In this document: one piece after another, positions 43,791 through 52,795 of the stretch
Numbering within the stretch: the stretch's first letter is position 1
Layout: every line of letters starts with the position of its first letter
From: a virus
Taxonomy: Duplodnaviria > Caudoviricetes
IMG/VR virus record: IMGVR_UViG_3300017565_000005
Location: 1-63,678 of that record
Reading direction: 5' to 3' (one strand)
Length of the DNA stretch: 63,678 nt
Notes under the pieces: model-generated
What the model was told of the DNA's origin: nothing
Database searches by the model: none
What the model saw: only the letters and a program-made list of their open reading frames with translations
Program-made: the position numbers and the translations under genes

Positions 43791-44096
43791 TTCCTTTCCT
43801 TTGAAGTGTCGAACATGCGATCAGGCATGCTCGTCCTGCCATAAAAGCCTCCCCCTAACCCCAGCCGGATTAAAAGAAGGATCCTGCCACCCTTTCGGGA
43901 ATCCCATGCCACGGCATCACACGTCCCCGTGGTCCCCAGGCTTGGGATTGCAGCCAGCCTGCCGTGCCGACGCTTTCGCTTTTCAGGGAATTGCACCCAT
44001 CGGCCGGATCGCGCCGCGTGTCGGCGCTGTGTTTCGTTCCGAGCGGCCCATGCAGGCCCATTGCTGACGTGCGGAGTACGGTCGGCGGCAGCCGGA

Positions 44097-44239
44097 AATG
44101 ACAAAACCCCATTAGCGGGCTGGCTCTTGGCGGAGCGGATGCTTGTGACCGTAGAGCACTTGCATCTGGACAGCCCCCTAATGGGGTCTTCGGCCTACGG
44201 ATTTGCATCGGCAGCCATGCCGACAACTGAATAATACCA
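44097..44239 (-). promoter_or_regulatory. Leftward promoter plus structured attenuator-like leader (c4-a1b1 / P4 CI-like)
   Basis: TG-G-TATTAT extended -10 (44231-44239); 5' hairpin; long stem AAGACCCCATTAG.../...CTAATGGGGTTTT with two internal hairpins and a U tail. Confidence 0.7.
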
Positions 44240-44276
44240 CAAGATAAACGCCATGTGTTGCGTTTTTATCCTGGGT

Positions 44277-44319
44277 GGTGATAAAATCACACCAAATAGG
44301 ACGCGCAGGATGTGCCTCC
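44277..44319 (+). promoter_or_regulatory. Capsid promoter/operator plus AGGAU-loop hairpin
   Basis: GGTGATAAAATCACACC, then GCGC-AGGAT-GTGC; same layout as the lysis leader. Confidence 0.72.
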
Positions 44320-44354
44320 CCTGAATGTGAAATCAACTTTCATGGAGCATATCT

Positions 44355-45452
44355 ATGCGAACCGTCGTTCCGTTTGGCGATCCCAAAGCCGTAAAGAAAT
44401 GGGCAGCCAGCCTCTTTGTGGACGTGACGAAAACGTCCTACTTCGAGCGCAAATTCGTCGGCAAATCTGAAAACGCCGTCATCCAGCGCAAAACCGAACT
44501 CGAATCCGGCCCCGGCGATCGTATCAGCTACGATCTGTCCATGGAGTTGCGCGGCCGCCCGACCTACGGCGACAACCGCGTCAAGGGCAAGGAAGAAAAC
44601 CTCAAGTTCTACACCGACGAAGTTGCCATCGACCAGCTGCGTCACGCTGTGTCGGCCGGCGGTCGCATGACGCGCAAGCGTGTCCCGCACGACATGCGCC
44701 AGACGGCGAAAACCCGCCTGTCCGAATACTGGTCGCGGTTCGTCGATGAAACGCTTTTCATCTACCTGTCCGGCGCGCGCGGCATCAACGAGGACTTCAT
44801 CGAAGCCCTGAATTGGGCCGGCCACGCCAACAACACGATCCAGGCCCCCGACAGCCATCACATTCTGTACGGCGGCGACGCCACCAGCAAGTCGACCATC
44901 ACCAGCGACGATGTGATGAGCCGCGCCGTCATCGAGCGCGCCGTGACCAAGGCCAAGATGCTGCACGCGACCGACCCCGACTCGGCCAGCATGCCCGCCG
45001 TCACGATCAACGGCGAGGGTCACTACGTCTGCGTCATGTCGCCGTTCCAAGAACACGCGATGCGCATGGACGACGAGAAGGGCTGGCTGGAAATCCAGAA
45101 GGCCGCCGCCGCCGCCGAAGGCAAGAACAACCCCATCTTCAAGGGTGGGCTGGGCATGATCAACAACTGCGTGCTGCACAGCCACGTATCGGTCATCCGG
45201 TTCAACGACTACGGCACCGGCACCAATCTGCCGGCCGCGCGCGCGCTGTTCATGGGCCGTCAGGCCGCTGTCATCGCCTACGGATCTGCCGGCGGACTTC
45301 GCTTCACCTGGAAAGAGGAAGTCGAAGACTACGGCAACGAGCCTGTCGTGGCGTCCGGAACCATTTTTGGCGTGAAGAAATCGCGCTTCAACAATCGGGA
45401 CTTCGGTGTTGTCGCCATCGACACCTACGCCAAAGACCCCAACGCCGCGTAA
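44355..45452 (+). CDS. Major capsid protein (N4-gp56 family)
   Basis: GDPKAVKKWA, GDRISYDL, IDQLRHAV, NPIFKGGLG, WKEEVEDYGN, DFGVVAIDT. Confidence 0.95.
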   Translation: MRTVVPFGDPKAVKKWAASLFVDVTKTSYFERKFVGKSENAVIQRKTELESGPGDRISYDLSMELRGRPTYGDNRVKGKEENLKFYTDEVAIDQLRHAVSAGGRMTRKRVPHDMRQTAKTRLSEYWSRFVDETLFIYLSGARGINEDFIEALNWAGHANNTIQAPDSHHILYGGDATSKSTITSDDVMSRAVIERAVTKAKMLHATDPDSASMPAVTINGEGHYVCVMSPFQEHAMRMDDEKGWLEIQKAAAAAEGKNNPIFKGGLGMINNCVLHSHVSVIRFNDYGTGTNLPAARALFMGRQAAVIAYGSAGGLRFTWKEEVEDYGNEPVVASGTIFGVKKSRFNNRDFGVVAIDTYAKDPNAA

Positions 45453-45467
45453 CAGGAGCATACCGAC

Positions 45468-45908
45468 ATGGCAATCATTCAAACCGAAATCGCCAAAGGT
45501 CTGAAGATGGTTCCCCAGGCGTTCACGTCTGGCGCTGTCATCACCTATCAGGCCGAACTCGTCATTCCGACCGGCACTTCTGTCACGACAAGCGATATCG
45601 TCGAACTGGCGGTTCTGCCCGCCTTTCATCGGGCGGTCGATGGCCTGATCATCCCGAGCGGCAATTACGATGGTGCCACGGCCGATATCGGCCTGATGAG
45701 CGGAGCCGTGGGCGATCCCAGCACCGATCGGACCAGCGGCGCTGAGATTTTCGACGATGTGGCCCTGACCGCGCTGGCGCGCATCACCAAGGGCGATGCC
45801 CTGGTGAAAGCGTCGACCGACAGTGATCGCTCGATCGGCGTCAAGTTCAGCAAGACCATCACCGGCGCGGGCCAGAAACTGATCCTGCAACTTCTGCTCA
45901 CGCAGTAA
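45468..45908 (+). CDS. Virion protein (capsid decoration/cement candidate)
   Basis: Directly after the capsid gene and before a terminator. Confidence 0.7.
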   Translation: MAIIQTEIAKGLKMVPQAFTSGAVITYQAELVIPTGTSVTTSDIVELAVLPAFHRAVDGLIIPSGNYDGATADIGLMSGAVGDPSTDRTSGAEIFDDVALTALARITKGDALVKASTDSDRSIGVKFSKTITGAGQKLILQLLLTQ

Positions 45909-45916
45909 TGGAAACC

Positions 45917-45946
45917 GGCGGGCGGCTGCAATGCCCGCCAATTTTT
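45917..45946 (+). terminator. Intrinsic terminator
   Basis: GGCGGGC...GCCCGCC-AATTTTT. Confidence 0.65.
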
Positions 45947-45959
45947 CAAGGGCCGAGAC

Positions 45960-46247
45960 ATGGCGATCACCGCATACGAATTTGTCAGGACAAACGGACA
46001 CGACCGCCTGAACGACCTCATCGCTGAAAAGATTTCCGGCGGCTATGAGCCGTTCGGCCCGCTCATCCTGTTCGACGGTGGCGATGTCGGTCAGGCTGTT
46101 ATCGCCCAATCGCCGCCCGCGCCGACCGGATCTGTGATCACGGCGCAGCCGGACATCGCGGACATCGCCGATGCTCCCGACGAAACTGACTTCAACGGGC
46201 TGCTCGCCATGCTTCGATCCGCCGGCGTGTTGATCGAAACACCATAA
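45960..46247 (+). CDS. Small virion-associated protein (head-fibre-like C-terminus)
   Basis: DFNGLLAMLRSAGVL motif. Confidence 0.6.
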   Translation: MAITAYEFVRTNGHDRLNDLIAEKISGGYEPFGPLILFDGGDVGQAVIAQSPPAPTGSVITAQPDIADIADAPDETDFNGLLAMLRSAGVLIETP

Positions 46248-46258
46248 AGGAGAAGGGA

Positions 46259-46615
46259 ATGTTGATAGAAAGCCGCATCCGGCGCGCGAAAGGTACTCGC
46301 GTCACGCTCGATGGCACCGAATACCATTTCACGCCGAACAAAGACGGCGTGCATGTCGCGGACGTGAGCAACGCCGATCATATTGACCGCTTCCTGGCCG
46401 TGCCCGAAGGCTTTCGCGTCGTCGTCCAAGGCCGCAAGGAAAAGCCCGTCGAGCCGGATCCCACCGGACTGACCGGCGCGCCAGTCAATCCTGTCACGCC
46501 TGTGACGCCAGTCACGCCCGTTCCGCCTGTCACGACCGTCTCGCAGCAGGCTTCCACCGGCGATGCGACTCCCGCCGTCAAACCGCGCCGTGGCCGAGCG
46601 AAAAAAGGTGAGTAA
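46259..46615 (+). CDS. Hypothetical virion-module protein
   Basis: AAGGAG SD; PVT repeats. Confidence 0.7.
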   Translation: MLIESRIRRAKGTRVTLDGTEYHFTPNKDGVHVADVSNADHIDRFLAVPEGFRVVVQGRKEKPVEPDPTGLTGAPVNPVTPVTPVTPVPPVTTVSQQASTGDATPAVKPRRGRAKKGE

Positions 46616-47250
46616 TGGCAATTCTCGTGAGCGACATCTTTCGTCGCGCTTCGATCGTCCTGAACGACGACGAGTTTAAGCGCTGGACGCAGGAAGAATT
46701 GTTCCTGTGGCTCAATGATGCCGCCGCCGAGATTGTCATTCGTCGTCCCGCCGCGCGTGCCGTTACCAAATCCATAGACCTCGTTGAAGGTGTCCTGCAA
46801 AGCCTGCCGGCCGGCGGGCTGCAACTGCTCGACGTGACTCGCAATCTGCCGGGCCGCTCGATCAGCCGCGTCATGCGCCGGCTGCTCGATGATCAGGTTC
46901 CGGACTGGTACGCCATGCCGCCGTCGCGCACCACGGCGATCAAGCACTACACGCTTGAAGATGTGACGCCGACCTCGTTCTACGTCTACCCGCCCGCCAA
47001 GGCCGGCCTGAAGGTCGAGGCCAAGTATTCGGAAGCGCCGCCGACCGTAAGCGACGTGACCGAAAGCGTGGATCTGGACCGCGCCTATGTCGGCCCCATC
47101 GTCAGCTACATGCTGTATCGGGCGCTGGCGAAGGATTCCGAATTCGCCAACGGAGCCGTGGCAGCCTCGCATTTCCAGGCGTTCAACGAAGCGCTGATGG
47201 TGCAGAACCAGGTTTCCACCCTGGAAACGGGTAAGGCGGGATCGGCATGA
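46615..47250 (+). CDS. Head-tail adaptor (DUF6682-like)
   Basis: RWTQEELFLWLNDA, FYVYPP, YRALAKDSEF. Confidence 0.8.
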   Translation: MAILVSDIFRRASIVLNDDEFKRWTQEELFLWLNDAAAEIVIRRPAARAVTKSIDLVEGVLQSLPAGGLQLLDVTRNLPGRSISRVMRRLLDDQVPDWYAMPPSRTTAIKHYTLEDVTPTSFYVYPPAKAGLKVEAKYSEAPPTVSDVTESVDLDRAYVGPIVSYMLYRALAKDSEFANGAVAASHFQAFNEALMVQNQVSTLETGKAGSA

Positions 47251-47867
47251 AGTCGTTCGAAGCTTTCCTTCCCCATGTGATGCCGAAGGTTCCGGGCTGC
47301 CCCGAGCCGACCGTCATTCACTGCCTGCGTCAGGCCGTGATCGAATTCTGCCAGCGCACGAAGCTGTGGCGCTGCGACGACGAATTCGATGTCACGCCGG
47401 CGTCGTGCGACGTGATCTGCGCGCCGGCCGGCAGCCAGATCCTAGACATTGAGCATGCGACGTTCGAGGGATTCCCGCTCGATCCGATATCGATTGCCGA
47501 TCTGGACGCGGAATATCCGCGCTGGCGCACCGATACCGACACGACCATGCCGCAATATTTCACGCAGATCGACTTCGATACCGTGCGCGTCGTACCGGCC
47601 GGGACCGGCAAGCTCAAGCTTTACACGATCCTTATGCCCGCCGAGGACGGCGAGGACGTGCCCGACTGGATGCACGCGAAGTACGCGCGCGTGATCGCCG
47701 CCGGCGCGCTCAAGGATCTGCTGATTACTCCCGGCCAGCCTTTTTACAACGCGGAACTGGCGTCCGGATACGCCTCCCGCTTTTACGATGCCATGGACAC
47801 CAACGCATCGAAAAGGATGCGCGGCCAGCAGCGCGCGCCCATCCGAACCCGCCCTCAGTATCTTTAA
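47247..47867 (+). CDS. Adaptor / tail tubular-like virion protein
   Basis: FLPHVMPKVPGCPEP...IEFCQRTKLWR. Confidence 0.75.
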   Translation: MKSFEAFLPHVMPKVPGCPEPTVIHCLRQAVIEFCQRTKLWRCDDEFDVTPASCDVICAPAGSQILDIEHATFEGFPLDPISIADLDAEYPRWRTDTDTTMPQYFTQIDFDTVRVVPAGTGKLKLYTILMPAEDGEDVPDWMHAKYARVIAAGALKDLLITPGQPFYNAELASGYASRFYDAMDTNASKRMRGQQRAPIRTRPQYL

Positions 47868-47876
47868 GGATCGCTC

Positions 47877-48302
47877 ATGTCTGCTGCATCGAACTACACC
47901 GAAGACAACATCATCAACGCGGCGCTGCGCGGCGTGGCCTATCCGCTGCCGACGAATACCTACGTGTCGCTGCACACGGCGAACCCTGGCGAGGCCGGCG
48001 GCAACGAAGTTTCGCTGTCGGATTGGCCGGCCTACGCGCGCGTCGAGGCAGAGCAGGGCGGGTCGATCGGATCGGGTTGGAGTGCGCCGAGCGCTGGCAA
48101 CGGTGAAACCAAGAACACCAAGCAGCTGACCTACCCGAGCAAGAATGGAGACAACGATGTGACCGTCACCCATTGGGCCGTCTACGACGCGGCCACGGGC
48201 GGCAACATGATCACCTACGCGCCGCTCGATACGTCGCGCGAAATCAAGGGCGGCGACATCTTTGTGTTCGACATCAACGCGCTGACCGTGAAAGCCTCAT
48301 AA
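47877..48302 (+). CDS. Tail-associated structural protein
   Basis: YVSLHTANPGEAG...YARV...THWAVYDAATGGN. Confidence 0.75.
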   Translation: MSAASNYTEDNIINAALRGVAYPLPTNTYVSLHTANPGEAGGNEVSLSDWPAYARVEAEQGGSIGSGWSAPSAGNGETKNTKQLTYPSKNGDNDVTVTHWAVYDAATGGNMITYAPLDTSREIKGGDIFVFDINALTVKAS

Positions 48303-49703
48303 ATGAACTTTTATGCGATCAACGTCACTCCCATCAACGGATGGGAAACCCACCTTGGAAGTGGGGCTGCTGCCGTAGAGATTGCTGCGGCAGGTGACGG
48401 GCATTCGCTTATTTTCGGCCAGGGCACGGCCGCGATCGCGCTTTCGAGTCAGGGCGCTGGGCTGATCGCCAAGAGCGGCGCTGGGGCCGCTGCCGTCTCG
48501 GTGGCGACGCAGGGCGACGGGTATCTGCGCATCTTCCAGGGCGGCGAAGCTTCGATCGTTCTGACCGCCGAGGGCGATGGCGAAGTGATCCCGCCGGCGC
48601 GCGGCACGGCCAACATTGTGCTGAACGCGGCTGCGCACGGCGACATTGCAATTACCGGCGCGGGCGCGGCGCAGATCCCGATCGCGGCCGATGGTGTCGG
48701 ATACCTGCTGTCCAAGGGGACGGGACAGGCCGACATCGAAGTCGAGTCGCAGGCGAACGGGCAGATTGCCGTGAGCGGCGAGGGCCGGGCCGGCGTCGAT
48801 ATTGACGCTGACGGCCTTGGCTATCTCGTCATGCGCCAGTCCGGCGATGCGCAGATCGACGTGAGTGCGGCCGGCCACGGCTACCTTGTCATCCGCAATG
48901 TCGGTCTGGCGAACGTTAATGTTTCCGCCGAAGGCGATGGCGTCCTGGCGGCGCTCGGGCAGGGACAAGCCGACATCACCACGCTTGCGCTCGGAGCCGG
49001 GCATCTGGTCATGCGCCAGTACGGCGGCGCGCAGATCGACGTGGGCGCGCAAGGCCGCGGCTACCTATTCGCCCAAGGCCGAGGCTTGGCCGACATCGAA
49101 CTTGACGCCGGCGGCGGCGGGCAAATCGCGGTATCCGGCGCGGGATCGTCGCTGATCCGCATCGATGCGCTGGGCGCGGGCTACATCGTCATCCGCCAGA
49201 GCGGCCAAGCTTCGATCGAAGTCATGGCCGATGGCGCGGGCTATCTGGTCATGCTCAACGGCGGCGCGGCCGAACTGGTGTTCACGGCCGAGGGTGACGG
49301 GCTGCTGGCGACCTTGGGCGCGGGCGATGCGCTGATCGATCTGCAAGCCGATGGCCGTGGCTATCTGTACCTGCACCCTGCCGGCGCGGGCCTGATCGAC
49401 ATCGAGGCGGACGGGCATGGCGTGCTGGGGCAACTCGGGCGCGGCGACGCGCTGATCGAACTGCTCGCGCGCGCCGGCATCCCGGACCCGATCGTTCGTC
49501 CCGATGATTTCAGGCCGACGCACCGATCGCGCGAATTCCGCGTTGAGCGCCAGGACGCCTTTGTCGTCGCCGGCGAGTCGAACGACATGATCGTTCCTGC
49601 CGACGAAATTTTAATCGTGCCGGAACGGGCCAAGCGCATGCGTGTCGCGCGGCCCGAAGTCCTGCGAGTGCCGAGAGGATACGATGCTGGGAACCGTTCC
49701 TAA
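48303..49703 (+). CDS. Gly/Ala-rich repeat virion protein (beta-solenoid/spike candidate)
   Basis: Many ~20-aa repeats of the form G-x-A-x-I-x-I-x-A-x-G-x-G. Confidence 0.75.
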   Translation: MNFYAINVTPINGWETHLGSGAAAVEIAAAGDGHSLIFGQGTAAIALSSQGAGLIAKSGAGAAAVSVATQGDGYLRIFQGGEASIVLTAEGDGEVIPPARGTANIVLNAAAHGDIAITGAGAAQIPIAADGVGYLLSKGTGQADIEVESQANGQIAVSGEGRAGVDIDADGLGYLVMRQSGDAQIDVSAAGHGYLVIRNVGLANVNVSAEGDGVLAALGQGQADITTLALGAGHLVMRQYGGAQIDVGAQGRGYLFAQGRGLADIELDAGGGGQIAVSGAGSSLIRIDALGAGYIVIRQSGQASIEVMADGAGYLVMLNGGAAELVFTAEGDGLLATLGAGDALIDLQADGRGYLYLHPAGAGLIDIEADGHGVLGQLGRGDALIELLARAGIPDPIVRPDDFRPTHRSREFRVERQDAFVVAGESNDMIVPADEILIVPERAKRMRVARPEVLRVPRGYDAGNRS

Positions 49704-49962
49704 GAAACCCGCCGACCAGCTGGACTACGACATCGACTTCGGCCGCTGGCTGCCGGTCGACGATGTGATCCTTTCCGGCGTCGGCGTTGTCAGCCCGGAC
49801 GGCGAACTGGTGGTCGATTCCGTGCGGATCGACGGCATCATGGTCAAGGTCTGGCTAAGCGGCGGCGTGGACGGCTCGACCTACACCGTGACTGTGACCG
49901 TCTCTACCGAGGGCGGGCGCATCAAGGAAGTCGATTTCAAAGTACGAATGCGAGACTGCTGA
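49684..49962 (+). CDS. Fibre-tail adaptor-like protein
   Basis: KKPADQLDYDIDF...VKVWLSGG...TEGGRIKE. Confidence 0.75.
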   Translation: MLGTVPKKPADQLDYDIDFGRWLPVDDVILSGVGVVSPDGELVVDSVRIDGIMVKVWLSGGVDGSTYTVTVTVSTEGGRIKEVDFKVRMRDC

Positions 49963-49963
49963 C

Positions 49964-51124
49964 ATGACGATCAAACTATCAAACAATGCGGTTGGCCGCC
50001 TTTCATCACCCCTGTCGGCAGTGGCGACTTCACTGTCACTGTCGGCAAATGAGGGCGCGCGCTTCCCGTCGCTTGGAGTGGACGAATTTTTCTACGTCAC
50101 TGCCGTGACGAGCGCCGGCGTTCTGGAAATCATGAAATGTACGGCGCGAGTCGGGGACGTTCTGACCGTTGTGCGAGGCCAGGAAGACACGGCCCCACAA
50201 GCGTTCTCGATCGGCGATCGTGTTGAACTTCGGCTGACGGTTGGCGCGCTCGATGATTTTGTGCAGCCGATACGCGACACGGCTTCCAGCGCGCTATCGA
50301 AGGCGAACACCGCGCTGACTGCGACGGGGACGGATATCGACCCGGTTGGCTCTCTCGAAGCCGAAAACGTTCAGGAAGCCTTGGAGGAAATCGACGAGAA
50401 GACCGAAACCGCGCTGACCGCTGAAGGCACGAGCGTCGATCCGATCGGAGAACTTGAGGCCGAGAACGTTCAAGAAGCGCTTGAAGAACTGGACGAAGCG
50501 GTAGGAGGAAAGCAGCCGGCCGGGAGTTATCTCGTCAAGGGAACCGGCAATAGCGGATCTGACGGTACAGTTCTCACATCGTCGAATCTTCCCGCTTTCT
50601 CGGAAGCCGGATCCGGGGGCGCGGCCGCCCTACAAATCCATAACAACGGCAACACGTCCGCCTCGGCTGGAATAGTCTTTCATAGGGGCGGGCAGTATGG
50701 CTGCATCTTCGGTCTGGATAACGACAACCAGCTACGTGTTGGGGGATTCTCGTTTGGCAGCGTCTCGTACAAAATCTGGCACGAAGGAAACCTGAACCCG
50801 GCAAATTACGCGCCGGCATCCGGCAGCGGAAATTACGTCCAGAGCAACAATCGCGGCGTGATTATGAATTGGGATTATGCTGGCTACAGGCTCGATATTG
50901 GCGTGGACAGTGTTTACCTCGGGCAGGTGTGGGGTTCGTGGAATTTAAATCCCGCCACCAGCGGATCCACAGTGCAATGGAACACTGGTGTAGTGGAATT
51001 CGGCAGTTTGGTGGTTGGAGCGCCAACGTGGGGCGCGGACTGTCCTTCACCTTATGTCGTGGTTGGGATACGCGGCGCGGGTAATGCGTTTGTTTTGCGT
51101 GGCGTCGCTTTGAGGAACCAATAA
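49964..51124 (+). CDS. Tail fibre 1
   Basis: N-terminal anchor NNA...EIMKCTARVGDVLTVVRGQE; FGLDNDNQLRVGG, IWHEGNLNP; lower-GC C-terminus. Confidence 0.88.
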   Translation: MTIKLSNNAVGRLSSPLSAVATSLSLSANEGARFPSLGVDEFFYVTAVTSAGVLEIMKCTARVGDVLTVVRGQEDTAPQAFSIGDRVELRLTVGALDDFVQPIRDTASSALSKANTALTATGTDIDPVGSLEAENVQEALEEIDEKTETALTAEGTSVDPIGELEAENVQEALEELDEAVGGKQPAGSYLVKGTGNSGSDGTVLTSSNLPAFSEAGSGGAAALQIHNNGNTSASAGIVFHRGGQYGCIFGLDNDNQLRVGGFSFGSVSYKIWHEGNLNPANYAPASGSGNYVQSNNRGVIMNWDYAGYRLDIGVDSVYLGQVWGSWNLNPATSGSTVQWNTGVVEFGSLVVGAPTWGADCPSPYVVVGIRGAGNAFVLRGVALRNQ

Positions 51125-51594
51125 TGATCAGCAACGCTCAACTTATATTTGCCATCGAGAAAGACTATCCGGGCCTCGTCCACGGCGTTGATTATTGGGT
51201 CGGCCAGCCGGTTGACGGCGACACGTACCTCGAAGAATCGAAAATCTATGCGTGGTATCCCGAGGACATCGAGCAGCCGGATCATGCAACGCTGATCGCA
51301 CGCGCCACGGCATTGCTTCCCGAATACGAGGAATCGATCAAGCCGCCACCTAAGACGCGATTTCCCGTGCGTGAATTCCGGCAACGCTTCACGATCGACG
51401 AGCAGGTCGCCATTCGTGCGGCGTCGATGACGGATATGGAAGTCGGCCTTGTTTACGACGACTTTCAGTCCGCGCAGTACATCGACGTGACAGATCCGGA
51501 TGTCGCGGCCGGCATCGACCTGTACGTCAGCAAGAGCTTGTTGCAGGCGAGCCGCAAGGCCGAACTGCTTGAGCCAGAACCTGTGGAGCCGTAG
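51124..51594 (+). CDS. Tail fibre assembly chaperone-like protein
   Basis: YPGLVHGVDYWV; EFRQRFT.DEQVAI; coupled to the fibre gene. Confidence 0.7.
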   Translation: MISNAQLIFAIEKDYPGLVHGVDYWVGQPVDGDTYLEESKIYAWYPEDIEQPDHATLIARATALLPEYEESIKPPPKTRFPVREFRQRFTIDEQVAIRAASMTDMEVGLVYDDFQSAQYIDVTDPDVAAGIDLYVSKSLLQASRKAELLEPEPVEP

Positions 51595-51713
51595 CTGCTT
51601 TTTGCAGTATCATTCATGACATGAGCAACCGCCTCTTTCGATCACACACTGCCTGACATTGCAGACCCGCGCCGGCGCTGCGCGGATACGTGTGCTTTTC
51701 GAAAGAGGCAGGT

Positions 51714-52709
51714 ATGACTGTCAAGATCACCAATAATGCGACCGGCCGCTTGGCTGCCGGTATCAGCAATTCCGATACGCAAATCTCGCTGCAATCGGGA
51801 AACGGCGTGAAATTTCCGTCCCTCAGCGAGGGGGAATGGTTCCCCGCCACTTTATATAGTGCGAACGGCATGGAAATCGTGCGCGTCACGGCGAGAATCG
51901 GCGACGTGCTGACGGTGCAGCGCGGGCAGGAATCCACCCAGCCGCAGTCTTTTTCCATCAATGACGGCATCGATTGCCGGCTGACCGCCGGGGCCTTGAT
52001 GCAGATGCTGGCCGAAGTCGAGGCAAGCGGCGTTGTCTTCACGCCGACAGGCGGCATCGTGGCGACCGATGTGCAGGCCGCGCTCGTCGAACTGAACACC
52101 AAGAAGCAGGCGGCAGGCGACTATGCGCCGGCGTCGCACACGCACACCTGGGCGCAGGTCACGGGCAAGCCCGAGACGTTTCCGCCGACGATCGGCACCA
52201 CGGGCGACACGGCCAAGGCGGGCGACTACGAGCCGGATTGGGACGACATCGAGAACAAGCCGGCGACGTATCCGCCCACGATCGGCACGACATCGACCAC
52301 GGCCAAGGCTGGAGATTATGCGCCGAAGTGGGGCGATATTGCCGAGAAGCCGACCGGCTTCACGCCAACTGCGCACAGTCATGCCTGGAGCGACATAACG
52401 AGCGGCGTGCCAGCTACCGCAACGCGCTGGCCGGCATGGGGCGAAGTGACGGATAAGCCCTCGACCTTTCCGGGCGATCCGCCTTCCACGGCGGATGTTG
52501 CGGCCGCGATGACGGGAATTCAGCAAGGATCGGTTGGATCCTACCTGATCCTGAAAAAGAACACCGGATATCCGGTAGGCAGCGTACGTCCCGGTAGCAA
52601 CTTTCAAGGAAATCCGCCTGGAACCTACTTGGTGATGGGAATTTCGTGCGAATTGCACCTGTCCGAGCAGGATCCCGACTACTTTCATCTTGTGCTGCGC
52701 CTGACCTGA
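51714..52709 (+). CDS. Tail fibre 2
   Basis: Same N-terminal anchor as fibre 1; W-x-x-I/V-x-x-KP repeats. Confidence 0.85.
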   Translation: MTVKITNNATGRLAAGISNSDTQISLQSGNGVKFPSLSEGEWFPATLYSANGMEIVRVTARIGDVLTVQRGQESTQPQSFSINDGIDCRLTAGALMQMLAEVEASGVVFTPTGGIVATDVQAALVELNTKKQAAGDYAPASHTHTWAQVTGKPETFPPTIGTTGDTAKAGDYEPDWDDIENKPATYPPTIGTTSTTAKAGDYAPKWGDIAEKPTGFTPTAHSHAWSDITSGVPATATRWPAWGEVTDKPSTFPGDPPSTADVAAAMTGIQQGSVGSYLILKKNTGYPVGSVRPGSNFQGNPPGTYLVMGISCELHLSEQDPDYFHLVLRLT

Positions 52710-52795
52710 TATATGTCCTTGTAATATAACGATAAATCCCTTTCATTCCGCCGTCTCGGGGTATAATTGGAAGGGTCAATTTTCACGGTATTGCC

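Noticed and set aside
49964-52709. Diversity-generating retroelement or invertible tail-fibre switch
   Set aside because: No reverse transcriptase, no TR/VR pair differing at adenines, and no invertase or inverted fibre segments seen
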